DNA of 62,318 nt, counting the filler, from Squatina squatina (lineage: Eukaryota), in the NCBI GenBank assembly GCA_031763465.1. It is 4 parts of 4 records of this genome, joined end to end, with 100 filler letters (N's around TTAATTAATTAA, not from the genome) between each part and the next. Parts side by side here need not be neighbours in the genome. Positions count along the whole stretch, not along the records: positions 48,171 to 62,318 come from JARFOE010000004.1; 3 more parts are not named here. One strand, given 5' to 3'. This document shows, piece after piece, positions 50,628-62,318 of the stretch. The notes beneath the pieces are model-generated. The model ran no database searches. It was not told the DNA's origin and worked only from the letters and a program-made list of their open reading frames with translations. Position numbers and translations under genes: made by a program. Positions within the stretch are counted from its first letter, which is position 1; every line of letters starts with the position of its first letter.

Positions 50628-52353
50628 TAGCTGGCTGATTTGAACTGACTGAAATTGGCATTAACGAGGTTGATAATGACCTCAAAATGGGATTGTCACA
50701 GTTGTTGCACTGTGTACAAAGTCAATATTGAGGCACACTATTATCTGGCAGGATTTTTTTTCTTCAGTTGTTGACAACCTTTGGTCTACCACAGCACTTT
50801 TCCTCAGAAAGTTTTGTTTTTGGTGAAATAATTGTGATTTGACAGAAATTTGACCCTAATCTGTACTAGTTAATATTGTTTAGCTATTTTTATCCCTTTT
50901 TTAATGTCACTTTCCCCCTTACTTTCTTCCTCTTATGAAGACATTGATTCTTGCTGGAGCACAGTTGCAGTAGTACCCGTCGCCTTCTGGTACCTTGCCC
51001 AAGTGACCATTCTTTACATATGAGGTCGGATGGTAAATTTCAGCGGATTATTTGGCTGTGGAGGACATCATAGCCTATCCCAATCCTATTCTCAGCTGAA
51101 CCTCAAAATTTTCATTAGAAAATGGAGCTGGCCTGCTCTTTGCTGCAGCCAGAAAAGAAAGATCAGCCTCTTTTAAGTAGCCTTCACGAGCTGCAGTTGC
51201 ACCATTTCCCATCTGCCCAATGTCAATGAACTCCCAAAATAGGCCAACTCTGGCATGCTCCCATGCCACAAAATTTAGTGGGCCTGATCTAGGCAAATCC
51301 TGCAAGATCAGGCCAAAGAGGTATGCTCACCACTCCGAGGTCCTGCTGTTTTAGCCCTAGGACTGGAAAATTTCCCCAATAATAATCATAGCTAGTCCAA
51401 CAATTTATTTTATTTCCCTTCTATTGTCATATTATTCAAGGACTGGGTATTAAGGACTTTTTTCCCCACAGAGCAGTAGATGTATGAAATCCCAACAAAC
51501 TTGGTTAATGATGCACTTTTTAACTCACCTGAGCTTGGGTGAAATCCATGATAAAGCAAATGGTGCAGGCTCTGTCGAAGAACAAGGTTTAATGGACCAG
51601 ATGGCTTTTTTGCTCAATCTGTATTTTTCCATATTCTTATTAATGAATAAAAGCAGCATATTAGGATTGTGCAAACAAATTCGTCCCCAAGGGAGAGGGA
51701 CTTTGTACTTCATACGTAGTATGGTAAGTGAAATAAAGCATTATATAGTTCCCATTCAGGATTGCAGCAGATTCTGTACTAGGCCGCTTTCCATGAGCAC
51801 TCGGTCTACACCACATTTATATAAAGTATACCAGGAAAAGTGTACATTTCATTTTCTTACTGTTCTCTATTTTAATTTGAGCTCTTAAAAATGGTGAAGT
51901 TTTTTACCTTTATTTTTTTACATAGTTCCACATTTATGTGAAGCAGCTGTCCCACAGCTCTAGAAAACTTTGTCCACTGTTTTTAACATCCCATAAAATA
52001 GAAATACGAATGTCATTCCAGGTACAGCCTCAATAGTCAATATATTTAACAACTATGTTAGCATATGGCTTTACCTCCAGTCACAGGGAATTGTTGCCAT
52101 CTTCAGTTCCTGAACTGCCAATTTTAAACATGGTCAGAGAAATTTAAATTTAACAACTTATTAAAAGATACTCTTTACAGTATTAACTAAGGGAGCTATG
52201 GAGGGCAGTGGGTAGGATGTGGAATAAGAAATTAGTCCCAGCCCCAACACCTGNNNNNNNNNNNNNNNNNNNNNNNNNNNNNNNNNNNNNNNNNNNNNNN
52301 NNNNNNNNNNNNNNNNNNNNNNNNNNNNNNNNNNNNNNNNNNNNNNNNNNNNN

Positions 52354-52433
52354 GTGTGTGGCTGTTTTTCTTTGTGTCTGTATGCTTGTGTGTGTTTGTG
52401 TGTGTTTCTGTGAGTGAGTGTGGGCTCGTGTGT
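52354..52433 (+). repeat. Degenerate (TG)n repeat
   Basis: gtgtgtg-rich segment between two gaps. Confidence 0.85.
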
Positions 52434-54166
52434 NNNNNNNNNNNNNNNNNNNNNNNNNNNNNNNNNNNNNNNNNNNNNNNNNNNNNNNNNNNNNNNNNNN
52501 NNNNNNNNNNNNNNNNNNNNNNNNNNNNNNNNNNNNNNNNNNNNNNNNNNNNNNNNNNNNNNNNNNNNNNNNNNNNNNNNNNNNNNNNNNNNNNNNNNNN
52601 NNNNNNNNNNNNNNNNNNNNNNNNNNNNNNNNNNNNNNNNNNNNNNNNNNNNNNNNGACTTCCTTATGATGCATTCCTTAGGTTGAATAGCCTGCCGACA
52701 CTCATTGTTTAAGCTCTCTCATGAACATTTGCCCCTTGGACAGACCAGATGTAATTTCAGTGTAGTGGGAGCAGAGGCGCAGGAGATGTTTGTGCATGAA
52801 GCAAACATACTTATCATGCAAGGACTGTAAGTGGGCCACAAAGTGCTGTATCCAAACAGCAGTTAATTCAAGAGATTGAATGTCGTTGAGTGCAGCAGAC
52901 CAGCATGGGAACAACTTCAAATAAAATGTAAATGTTTTGCACTTGGATCAGACTGTGCTACTGGGATATATTTAAATGGAATAATTATTTAAATACTATC
53001 CCTTGCCAATTTTTCCAACTTTGAGCAAGGCTCCATCCATAGCACGTAGCTCACTTATATAAACTGGGCACATTGGGAATCCTGTGGCCTAGCCTGCTCA
53101 AGTATCCATCTTAGGTAGTATAATGTTGCACAGCTGTTATGAAGAGTGTTTTCTTGTGTTTTTGTTAAATTTTCATGCACTTTACTGCATGCATAAGTTA
53201 TTTTTTCTGGATCATGTGTCATTTTTGCATTTTTTTCCCTGCCTGTGCTTTCCTTCATACGTCTTGGTTGCTGCTACCTTTAAATAACACCAAACCAAAT
53301 AGTGAAAATAAGAATTCCTTTGTGGTCCCAATGATGCTACACAGATAAGGAAGTCATAAGTAATGCCTCTTCAATGTCACAACCCCAGGATCTGCATTTT
53401 TACAACCTGCCTGGAGATATCAAGATGAGACGGGAAACAGCTTTAATTGTGTAGCAGCCACAATGCTCAAATTATTTAACACTGGGGAAACATTAGGTGG
53501 ATACATCTTAAGAAAATGGGACCATTTTTTGAGTTAATAGCTGTTACCCCAATGAGAATCCCTATAACTGCTTAGGAACAGCTGTTTGCTGAGTGTGTTT
53601 AAAAGCTCAGTGATGCTTTAAATGCTACCTCCGTAAAGGTGTGGCATTTCCTAATGTAAATTTGCGCCTGGTTGATGGACTGCAAGAAATGTGAGCAAAA
53701 TTGAATATAGTTACCTTCACCTTACCCCATGTACTATCAAACTTCATCCTCATTTGGAGCCAGGTATAAGAGAGCTGGCTAATTGCAATGGCTCAGTTGG
53801 CAACTTTCCTGCATGCAGCTTCTACCTGTGCTTTTACTGGAGGGTGACCTTCAGCTCCAAATAGGGGCACCCTCTGGGCGCAGGTGCAGCTGTACCATGG
53901 ACCAACTCAAGCCTATTTTTGCCATTATCAGAAAATCAGAGACAACTGCATAGAGTTCATGCATAATCCAATCTTAAATTGAGACACAAGCATATTTTGC
54001 TTTTGCTTTTCAAAAAAGGGGCTTAATTATTTAATTGCTCTTCTTTTCCAAGGCATCAGCTTGAACCCGATTGTTTTTCTACACAAGATCATATATAAAT
54101 CAGTGCAAAGGTGCTATCTTTTTATATTTTGTGATTTTTCCTTTACAGTATTATTTTAAACCTCCT

Positions 54167-55136
54167 GGGGTCCCAATTGGTGTGTCCTAGTGCTCGGATA
54201 GCGCCGATCAGCAGTACTACCCAGGCACGAAAGCAGCGTAGAAATAAAAAAAATCACGATTTGCCTATGGGCCTGGCACCCTGGTGGCGCTTAGGCCTCA
54301 TCACTGGAGACGCCGTTAGCCCCGGGGTCGGACGCGCAATCTCATTCGATCACGCACCAACCCCTGTACACCTGGCCTCAACCCCGCTGTGCGTCGTAGG
54401 TGAGCCACCTCCGGAATTGAAGACTGGCTCACCCGCGACACCACTGGCATTGGCAACGACAGACTTTGTTACCAAGGTGCGCTAAAGACACGGGTCTTGT
54501 GCCAGCGGTCGCCATCTTTAAACATCGGCTGACTTTATTGTCAGCTAATATGTGATAGCCGATCGCCCCTCTGTACTTGTCTCCCCCTTTGCCAGCACAC
54601 TCTCTGGCATGCCGGCATCTTTTCGTGCCAGGACCTGGGTCCCTGGTGGTCCAGTGTACCCTGGATCCAGATTCGTCAGTCAAGCCTGTGGCCCTTCCCT
54701 TTAATGAAGAGGGCGGGGTCGTGGCTTGCGCATGCACGGTTGTGCTGGCAGCGTGGCCCACGCCATGTTGATGGCACAACCCAGTAGTGATGCAGCATTG
54801 ACCAGGTCAGCACTGTGTCAACTCTTATTTAGTGTTGCCACGTTACGCTGACCCGGAACGGTGACAGTTTTTCTGACCAAACTTTAGGCGCTAAGTTTGG
54901 GGAATTTAGCAAAGGGGCGCCAACGAGGTGTTGCATGCACTTATGATGTCATCGGAGGTGCAAACACGATCTCGCCTGGCTGCGGAGGCGCTAAAGTTTT
55001 GCGCCTAAAGTTTCTGCCTAGCGAATTTTGCGGGAGACGCTAAACGGCAATTTAATGCCGAAAGAATGTTTAGCGCCCCCTTATCACCTCAAGTAGGTGT
55101 TAACCCAAATTCAGACCCTGCCGAATTTCACCCCCC
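54167..55136. mobile_element. GC-rich non-autonomous TIR element
   Basis: ggggtcccaattgg ... ccgaatttcacccccc; repeated GGCGCTAA subterminal motifs; internal tggcccttccctttaa. Confidence 0.65.
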
Positions 55137-56600
55137 ATATGTCTAAAGCACAACAGAACACTCTACCAGAGGCAATATATTATCCAGATCTCCTTTTCTG
55201 TATTAAATTTGCATTGAAGTTCTCTGAATAGAAATCCAGCACTCCAGATCTACATGGCACTTTTGAAAATTAGATTCATATTTATACTGTGTTAATAGAA
55301 AGTCAGCACTCAATACCTGAACCACTCAATGGCACAGATTTCCTTTTCCTTTATTATTCATATTTAAAATGTATAGTACTTTGTTATTTTGAAAGAATGG
55401 AGAGTCTTATGTGTTGTCTTGAGTTTTTTTTCTAGCTGTAATCAAGCTCATCATCAGAAATTGCATTCAGCTCAGATCAGGGTAACCCGAAATCGATGCA
55501 CACTTGCACCATTTATAATGACATTGATTCTCATTCAGGGGTCCCATAGAACAGCAGCAAACTACCAGCATCACGTGACAAACAAAGTACAGGAATCTTC
55601 TGATTCACATTGGACCTCAAGTCTGTCATCCATGGTATTTTCAACTCGGGAGGAAAGAGCTTTGCTACAGTTGCAGTGAGAAGCATTGCTGCAAATCAGC
55701 TGCCAATTTCCAACAAATACAACTTGAAGCTGTAGTGTAAAGGAGGCTTTTGATAAATATTCTTCTCTGGTGTGAGTCCAAAGCAAGTTTTCAATTTGCC
55801 TGCCTTTTGTGTGGCACCTATATTTCATTCAGATCATCATTCATCCCTGTCAGAAGCGCCAATGTACATCAAAACATTGTGTTAAAATCACTGATCCATA
55901 TTAAACACCCATTGACCTGGTTCCAAACTGAAGGCCTCCTCTAAGGATCAGTCGTCTAAACACTTTTCACCCAGGAGGTGACAGAATGGAGCATTCTTTG
56001 GGTCAGTAATGGGAAGATGTTCACACTGCCAGTACAAAAGTTACCAAAGGATTGAAGTGCATTGATTGATAGTGTTACTCTAACAAAGGTTTAAGGGTGT
56101 AAGACATATATGCTCTGNNNNNNNNNNNNNNNNNNNNNNNNNNNNNNNNNNNNNNNNNNNNNNNNNNNNNNNNNNNNNNNNNNNNNNNNNNNNNNNNNNN
56201 NNNNNNNNNNNNNNNNNGTACACAATCTTCTAAGTGTGATCACACTAATGATTTCTTAAGTGGCAGGATTACCTCACTATTTCAGCTCAATATTGACCTT
56301 TTAATACACCTCAACGTCTAATTTGCTTTACTCCGGCCACCGAGCATTGTTGTAATAGCTTGAATTTATTATCAATCAGGGCCCCCAGATCTTTCACTCT
56401 GCATGCACCTGAAATGTTTTAATTACAAATATTAATCAGCACTTTTCTGAGTAAATTTGGTTTTGAGCTAGAGCACCCTTTGGTGTATTACTTTGAAGTA
56501 AATGTTGATTGGGTTATGTGGGGCAAAATGTCGGTTCACTCAGCCTTGCTAGAATGGAGGAGTGAATACATCCTCACAGCAAAGAGGAAGATTGAGTCAC

Positions 56601-56758
56601 TGGCCGGGAAATTCCTCATGGCTGCTCACGCTCCACGAGCATTATTTTGCCGGAACTGTGGCGGAAACCCCGCTCACGTGCATAAGCGGGCATTCCGCAT
56701 CACCTCCGGGAAAGTAACATCGACAGGGCAGGAACAGCTCTGAGGAATTTTCCACCCA
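56601..56758. mobile_element. Short whole-length foldback MITE
   Basis: tggccgggaaattcctca ... tgaggaattttccaccca, with imperfect self-complementarity through to the centre. Confidence 0.75.
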
Positions 56759-58094
56759 TTGAGTTTCCCCCCTCCAGCTCTACATAACAATTAAGTCACT
56801 CTTCAAAGGACAGTTAAGTTGAATGCAAGAAATCAGTTCTATCTGTCACAAGAAGCTGGTTATTTTATAACAGTATAGTGGAACCTTGTCACAGTAAACA
56901 TGTTAGCCTGAACCTGGCAGTATAACACAACTTCTTGTGGAAGTTCCATTACAATCATTTCTGAAGTTCAAACATTACTGGTATGAACCCAGACTCAACT
57001 GGTGTTCACAGTGTTGTAATAAAAGGATTGACTTGCCTTTCCTGATGTTATCTTACAATGGAGGCAGGGGAAGAAACATGAAGGTGCTTAATATTGTGTC
57101 TGATCACAGAACAGTCAAATTCTCTTTTGCATCCAATTTTAGCTTCAATAACACATGGGGCTTTAGATGCTGCACAAAATGATCCTGTATTTTATGCATT
57201 CAAGTTTTAAAAACAAAATAGTTACATCAATACATGTTGGAGGCCACAAGGGTATGTAGCCAAAAAAATAGGCTCCCATGTGAATTAGTTAAATGCCTCG
57301 GCCTGCAGCCTCGATGTTTATCCAGCACACAGGAGTCATTCATTGCCTTGTGTAGTCAGGGCCTCAAGGTTTATGGGCTAATGATTTGATTTGATTGATT
57401 CAGACAGTTTTATAGTATGTATGATATGAGAAGTACGGATTTTAAGAATTTACCCATTTAATGTTGGAGATGATAAAATCGCAATAATTCTCTGACTTTC
57501 CGCTTCTCAGGGGGAGTCGCCCAATGATCCCACATATCAGAAATGCTGATGTGCATTGTGCACGATTTTCTAACCATAACAGTCAGCAAATCACACACAG
57601 CGTGCGTTAATGCCAATGTTAAGGACCATTTTTGCCAGTCATAAGTTCATCAGAAATCAAATCTTTTTTGCCCATGGCAGCAGTAATAAAAGTCTTTATA
57701 ATTGAAATGATAGCAGCAAGTGATAGTTGCACCTATGGCAATTCATTCCCGCCCCCCTCCTCCCCCCTTCTTAAACTTAAGTCTTGGCCACGCACAGCCA
57801 AATTCTTATCCTGCTGAGGGTGAATTCATCCCCTTAATAAGCTAAGTCCCACAGATCAGTGCTTTGGGTAGCAGTCAGTAGTTTACCACATAGCTCCACT
57901 GCTCATGGAGTCAAACAAAATGAAAGGAAAAATTAAGAAGGGAGTCAGTTGTACCATTGGCCAACCTCTTTTTTATTTGCAATGATCGCCATCCNNNNNN
58001 NNNNNNNNNNNNNNNNNNNNNNNNNNNNNNNNNNNNNNNNNNNNNNNNNNNNNNNNNNNNNNNNNNNNNNNNNNNNNNNNNNNNNNNNNNNNNN

Positions 58095-58190
58095 CAGCTC
58101 TTTGAAAGAGCATTATAATTAGTCCCATTTCCATGCTCTTTCTCCATAGCTCTTTTTTTTTCCCCTTCAAGTATTTATCCACGTCCCTGT
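58095..58190 (-). mobile_element. CR1 3' fragment
   Basis: Reverse complement resembles the 4228-4472 CR1 end (DKYLKGKK...). Confidence 0.65.
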
Positions 58191-60921
58191 TTTAGGATCT
58201 CTTTGTGAAATTGGATTTCGATGAGCAAAATAGAATTGGGCCTGCTCCGTTCAGCATTCTCCAGTGGTCGACGCAGCCTAAGCAAGCTACCAAAAGGTAA
58301 TTTTTTTTTTTAAATTGCTGTGGTGCAGGAGTAGCAGGAATTCTCCTTCTGACTCTACAGTACTCGCAATTGCTCCCCAGCCTTCCTCCTCATTGCCACT
58401 TCACTCCCCCTCCCGGGACTTATCATAAAGCTACTGCCGATGAGGCAAGCAGCCCAAAATCCAGTTAAAATGGGGAAGTTGCCTGTGGAGGCCTCCCGGT
58501 TCAGGCACGTGTTGTGGTCGAATCACTGACTTTACACCTGAAACCGGTTGCTGACAAATTTCTACCCTGTTTTTAACCACACTCAGCTCGCTCCTAGTTA
58601 ATGTACAGAAAGGGAGACCACAATGAAAGGAAAGGTCACAAACCCAGACTAATTTGCATCCTACAATACTAAGTATCCATTAGAAGCTTCTCGGTTTGTC
58701 GTGGAAAGTGAAAGTGATCCCTCCAATGACACTTGTAATTGTTTAATCATCTATCAGAGGTATTTAGCTTAATTGAAATATCTATATTGTCAATCAGTAA
58801 CCAGTGACTTAATCGTCACCTATTGATGGATAAATAGTTCATTACTATTAAAGAAATTTCTATGGTTTCAGACAATTGTACTGCAAAATCTTTCTTAGAA
58901 TAGATTAAACCAGACAGAAAAGCTAATTATAACCAGATGTGCAAATGAGAGGAACAACACTGTTTCGATCAGTCATGATTCTGATAGTAATAAAATGTAC
59001 TTGAATCTGTAGCTTTGATTGGGCATCAGCTGAAGAAAATTTTAACATATTCATTTAAAACTGCTTACGAATGATAATTATTTAAACACAAGATTGTTTC
59101 CGAAAGAAAAACATGCAAGACTTCTTTTGAATATAGATTTGCTGTTTAAGCTAAATGGGGTATAAATTAGACCCCACTATGCCTGTTTTTCAGGGAGAGA
59201 ATGGGGGCAAAAGCACCAATGTCCCAGTACTGCCTCTTGTGCCTCAATCCAACGACAAATTGGGTCGGGTAACATTCAGGCATCCCTGGCAGCCGCCTAA
59301 AACAGGCATTAGGTCCCTTGCATAAGTTAATAAGGGGCCTAACAGTTGTTTCAGGATCTCTTCTTGAAATTGACGAGCACTAAGCANNNNNNNNNNNNNN
59401 NNNNNNNNNNNNNNNNNNNNNNNNNNNNNNNNNNNNNNNNNNNNNNNNNNNNNNNNNNNNNNNNNNNNNNNNNNNNNNNNNNNNNNATATGTTAACGCCG
59501 CTATATGAATGCAAGCTGTGGTTGTGCCAAGTCTTTAACTTGTCTGCTTTCTAAAGCTTGATATGAATTGTGAACCCTGCATGGACTTTGCTTATCCAGT
59601 TAGCACTTACACCAGTTCCAGCTGCGACACATTCACACTCAGACAATTACTATACTATAGGGGTACCAGTAATTCAAGGTTAAAGTGTGTCAAAGAAACA
59701 GAATTAGATCCTTGTCAACGCAATGTCACAATACTTCCTTGATATAATGACAAGAAGTTAAGGTGAGGTTTTCTGTGCATAATCCAGTCTTCAATATACT
59801 GGCACCCATATCTCTGTGGAGAATATTCCAACAAACATGCTGGTACTTCAAACATTCCAGAACAAAATAGAATCTTGGTTTCAAATCACAAACAGGACAA
59901 GCATCGAATTGCAAAGTGAAGCCAAACTACAACACTGCCACACAATACACTTCCTAGAAGACCTCACACAGTAGCAGTACCTACGGACCCAGGAATCAAC
60001 AGACAATTTGCATGAAATAAGATGTGCAATGTCCATATTGATGAACAAAGGCTAGATAATTAAGCAACACAAATCGCTGTCAGTACTGTGTGTGACCCAG
60101 TCAATTAAAGGACACGATTGCAGACCAAAGCATTCAAATTGACCTCCATACCCTTAATTTGAGTTTCAATTCCCTGGTACAGATCTACCACTGCTATTTG
60201 AAAATACCTCAACATAGTTTGATTATGGCAATAAAATATTTTAAGGATTAAAATGTTCAAGACTACGGTTAATGTCTTATTTAAATTTATTGTTTCATCT
60301 TAAATTGTACATTGTGTGGACTAATCTCAATATCCCTCAGCTTTATTATTTAAAGAGTTAAACCTAATTATTCTGATTAAAGACTAAAAGGTTCAGACAA
60401 ATGAGTAATTTTCAGATTGAGATGATTGAAGATTAATTTAGTGTAAAGAATAAATTGTAATGATTCCAATTCAGAATAAAGTAGAAACTATTTAAAGCAA
60501 CAATAAAAATTCCCATTAATTAAATATGAAACGGATCATCATTTTCGATACCATGGCATTCAAAATCAGCTCAAGAAAAAAATCAGAGTAATTTAAGAAA
60601 TGGCAGTCATGTGTCTTGAACATAGCATTACTGAAATGATTTAGCCTTTTCTCTGCAGACATTTAAAAGTTCCAAAATCCAGAGTAGGCAATGTCAGTAA
60701 AAAAATAATTTCATATTATGTCCTAAATTCAGTGGAAAATTGATTGAGATAAAATGGAACCAGGAAATTTCCACATGATACAGTACAAGATTTGGAAATG
60801 TATAGATTATCTATAACATCAATAGTTTATTTTTTGGTCCTTCAGTAAGGGTTCTCAATAAACAAACTAAATTTGTTTGAATGTCATAGTTAACAGTGAA
60901 TTGTGTGTTTTGCTCTAACAG

Positions 60922-61188
60922 AACCTCGAGCTTCCATTGAAAAACCTCTGCATGATGTTGAAGCTTCAGCAGGTGAAGATGCCACTTTCATTATTGAACT
61001 GTCTACAGTCGCTCCTGGGATGTGGTTCATGAATGACAAAGCTGTACAAAGCAGTGAGAATTTCATAATACAGAGAACTAAAAATACACACACATTAAGA
61101 ATTAAACAAGTGAGGTCATTGAACAATGATGTTGAAGTGAAATTTGTGGCTGGCAATGCTGAAAGCACTGCTAAATTAAGAGTGAAAG
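60922..61188 (+). CDS. OBSCN: Obscurin-type I-set Ig domain exon (OBSCN most likely, OBSL1 not excluded)
   Basis: tgctctaacAG acceptor and GTGAGC donor; 267 nt, phase 1-1 single-domain exon; EPRASIEKPLHDVEASAGEDATFIIELSTVAPGMWFMNDK...THTLRIKQV...VKFVAGNAESTAKLRVK resembles the Ig domain after the N-terminal FN3 of obscurin. Confidence 0.75.
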
Positions 61189-62318
61189 GTGAGCATTGTT
61201 TGAATGGTTGCTGTTGATTTTTGGGTTGCTTATTAAATTCTGCTATTGTTTGCTCAAGAAATATAATGTTCCCTTAATCAATTTCCATCCTATTTAATGG
61301 TGAGAAGCTTTTTTTTGTGCTGGTANNNNNNNNNNNNNNNNNNNNNNNNNNNNNNNNNNNNNNNNNNNNNNNNNNNNNNNNNNNNNNNNNNNNNNNNNNN
61401 NNNNNNNNNNNNNNNNNNNNNNNNNCCTGGAGTGATTTAATCTAATAGGAAAGATTTTATTGTTATGAATGCAATTAAATTTATTGTATACAAGCTGTAG
61501 ATATCTGTTTCCAAAAAGCTGCTATCTTTACAGAGGGGGAACAGACATTTACCAATCCCTTTATTTCCTTTCTGTTTTATTGATGTAAGGCAACAGAAAA
61601 AGAAAAGGTTATGCGTGTTTTACAGTTGATAATTTTACAATTAAGCCACAACGGATCAACAAAAGGACACAGTCACGTTAAGCCACAAATATGCAGAAAT
61701 TGTTTTTATACGTTTTTATAACGAGAGGTTTGAGGAAGCATTCTGTTGTTGTAATATGCTACCATTGTGCCATTAGCAAATGCCAATATAACATTTAACA
61801 GTGTTCAGATAGACCAAGTTCCAAACTTAAATCTTTTTTAATTGGCACTGCTACCTTCTCTCCTTTCATATATGCTCAGGGTTTCCCCCTTCTAGGGTTT
61901 ATGAAGCATTCAGTTCAGGTGATACATTTGTTGAAGCATCTGTGAATGCTCCTAGGAATATCTCAAAATATTCTTAAAGTATAACGTTGTGATAATTCAG
62001 CCTTCCTGCTAATAGCCCCAAAGCAAGCGACAGTTCTTATTACAAGCCTGAGTAGTTTATAGAGACCTATCCATGCTTTACATACATGACACAAATTAAG
62101 TCTCAAGTCTGTCTCTTCACAAACTTCCTTAAAAGACAAAGTCAGTGAATTCCTTTGACAGTAACATGGTTACCATGACTACTTCCACCTACTTCCCAAG
62201 GTAGACGTGACAGTAACTGCAATTAAGCTATTAGTATTTTTAACCAAAGATGTTCATTTACATATAAAACTTTCAGCAATAAACAACCAGCTACTGACAT
62301 GCTACCTACACCTCCTGC

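Noticed and set aside
1-62318. Prokaryotic-style systems (operons, CRISPR arrays, defence islands)
   Set aside because: Spliced vertebrate exons and vertebrate retroelements throughout; no dense ORFs and no repeat-spacer array

Overview
Eukaryotic, AT-rich, mostly intronic and repeat-rich vertebrate DNA. The repeats (Deu-domain SINEs with L2 tails, CR1/HER1-like LINE ends, L2, RTE, a Penelope-type foldback) point to a cartilaginous fish (shark/ray). The window is not one locus. Three artificial N44-TTAATTAATTAA-N44 spacers (19539, 34255, 48115) join four apparently unrelated scaffolds, and each scaffold is broken by nominal 100-N gaps. Scaffold 1 (1-19494) has no recognisable gene, but has a candidate 21-nt microexon and a strong hairpin. 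Scaffold 2 has two HDGFL3 exons (+) and a candidate convergent terminal exon (-). Scaffold 3 has four ZC3H7A exons (-) and an RTE LINE. Scaffold 4 has one obscurin-type Ig exon (+). Most ORF-track entries are spurious (N runs, repeats). I found no convincing new multi-gene system. The best leads are the microexon, the unassigned terminal exon and a hairpin-rich TIR element family. Gene identifications rest on my recall of the human proteins, not on searches.
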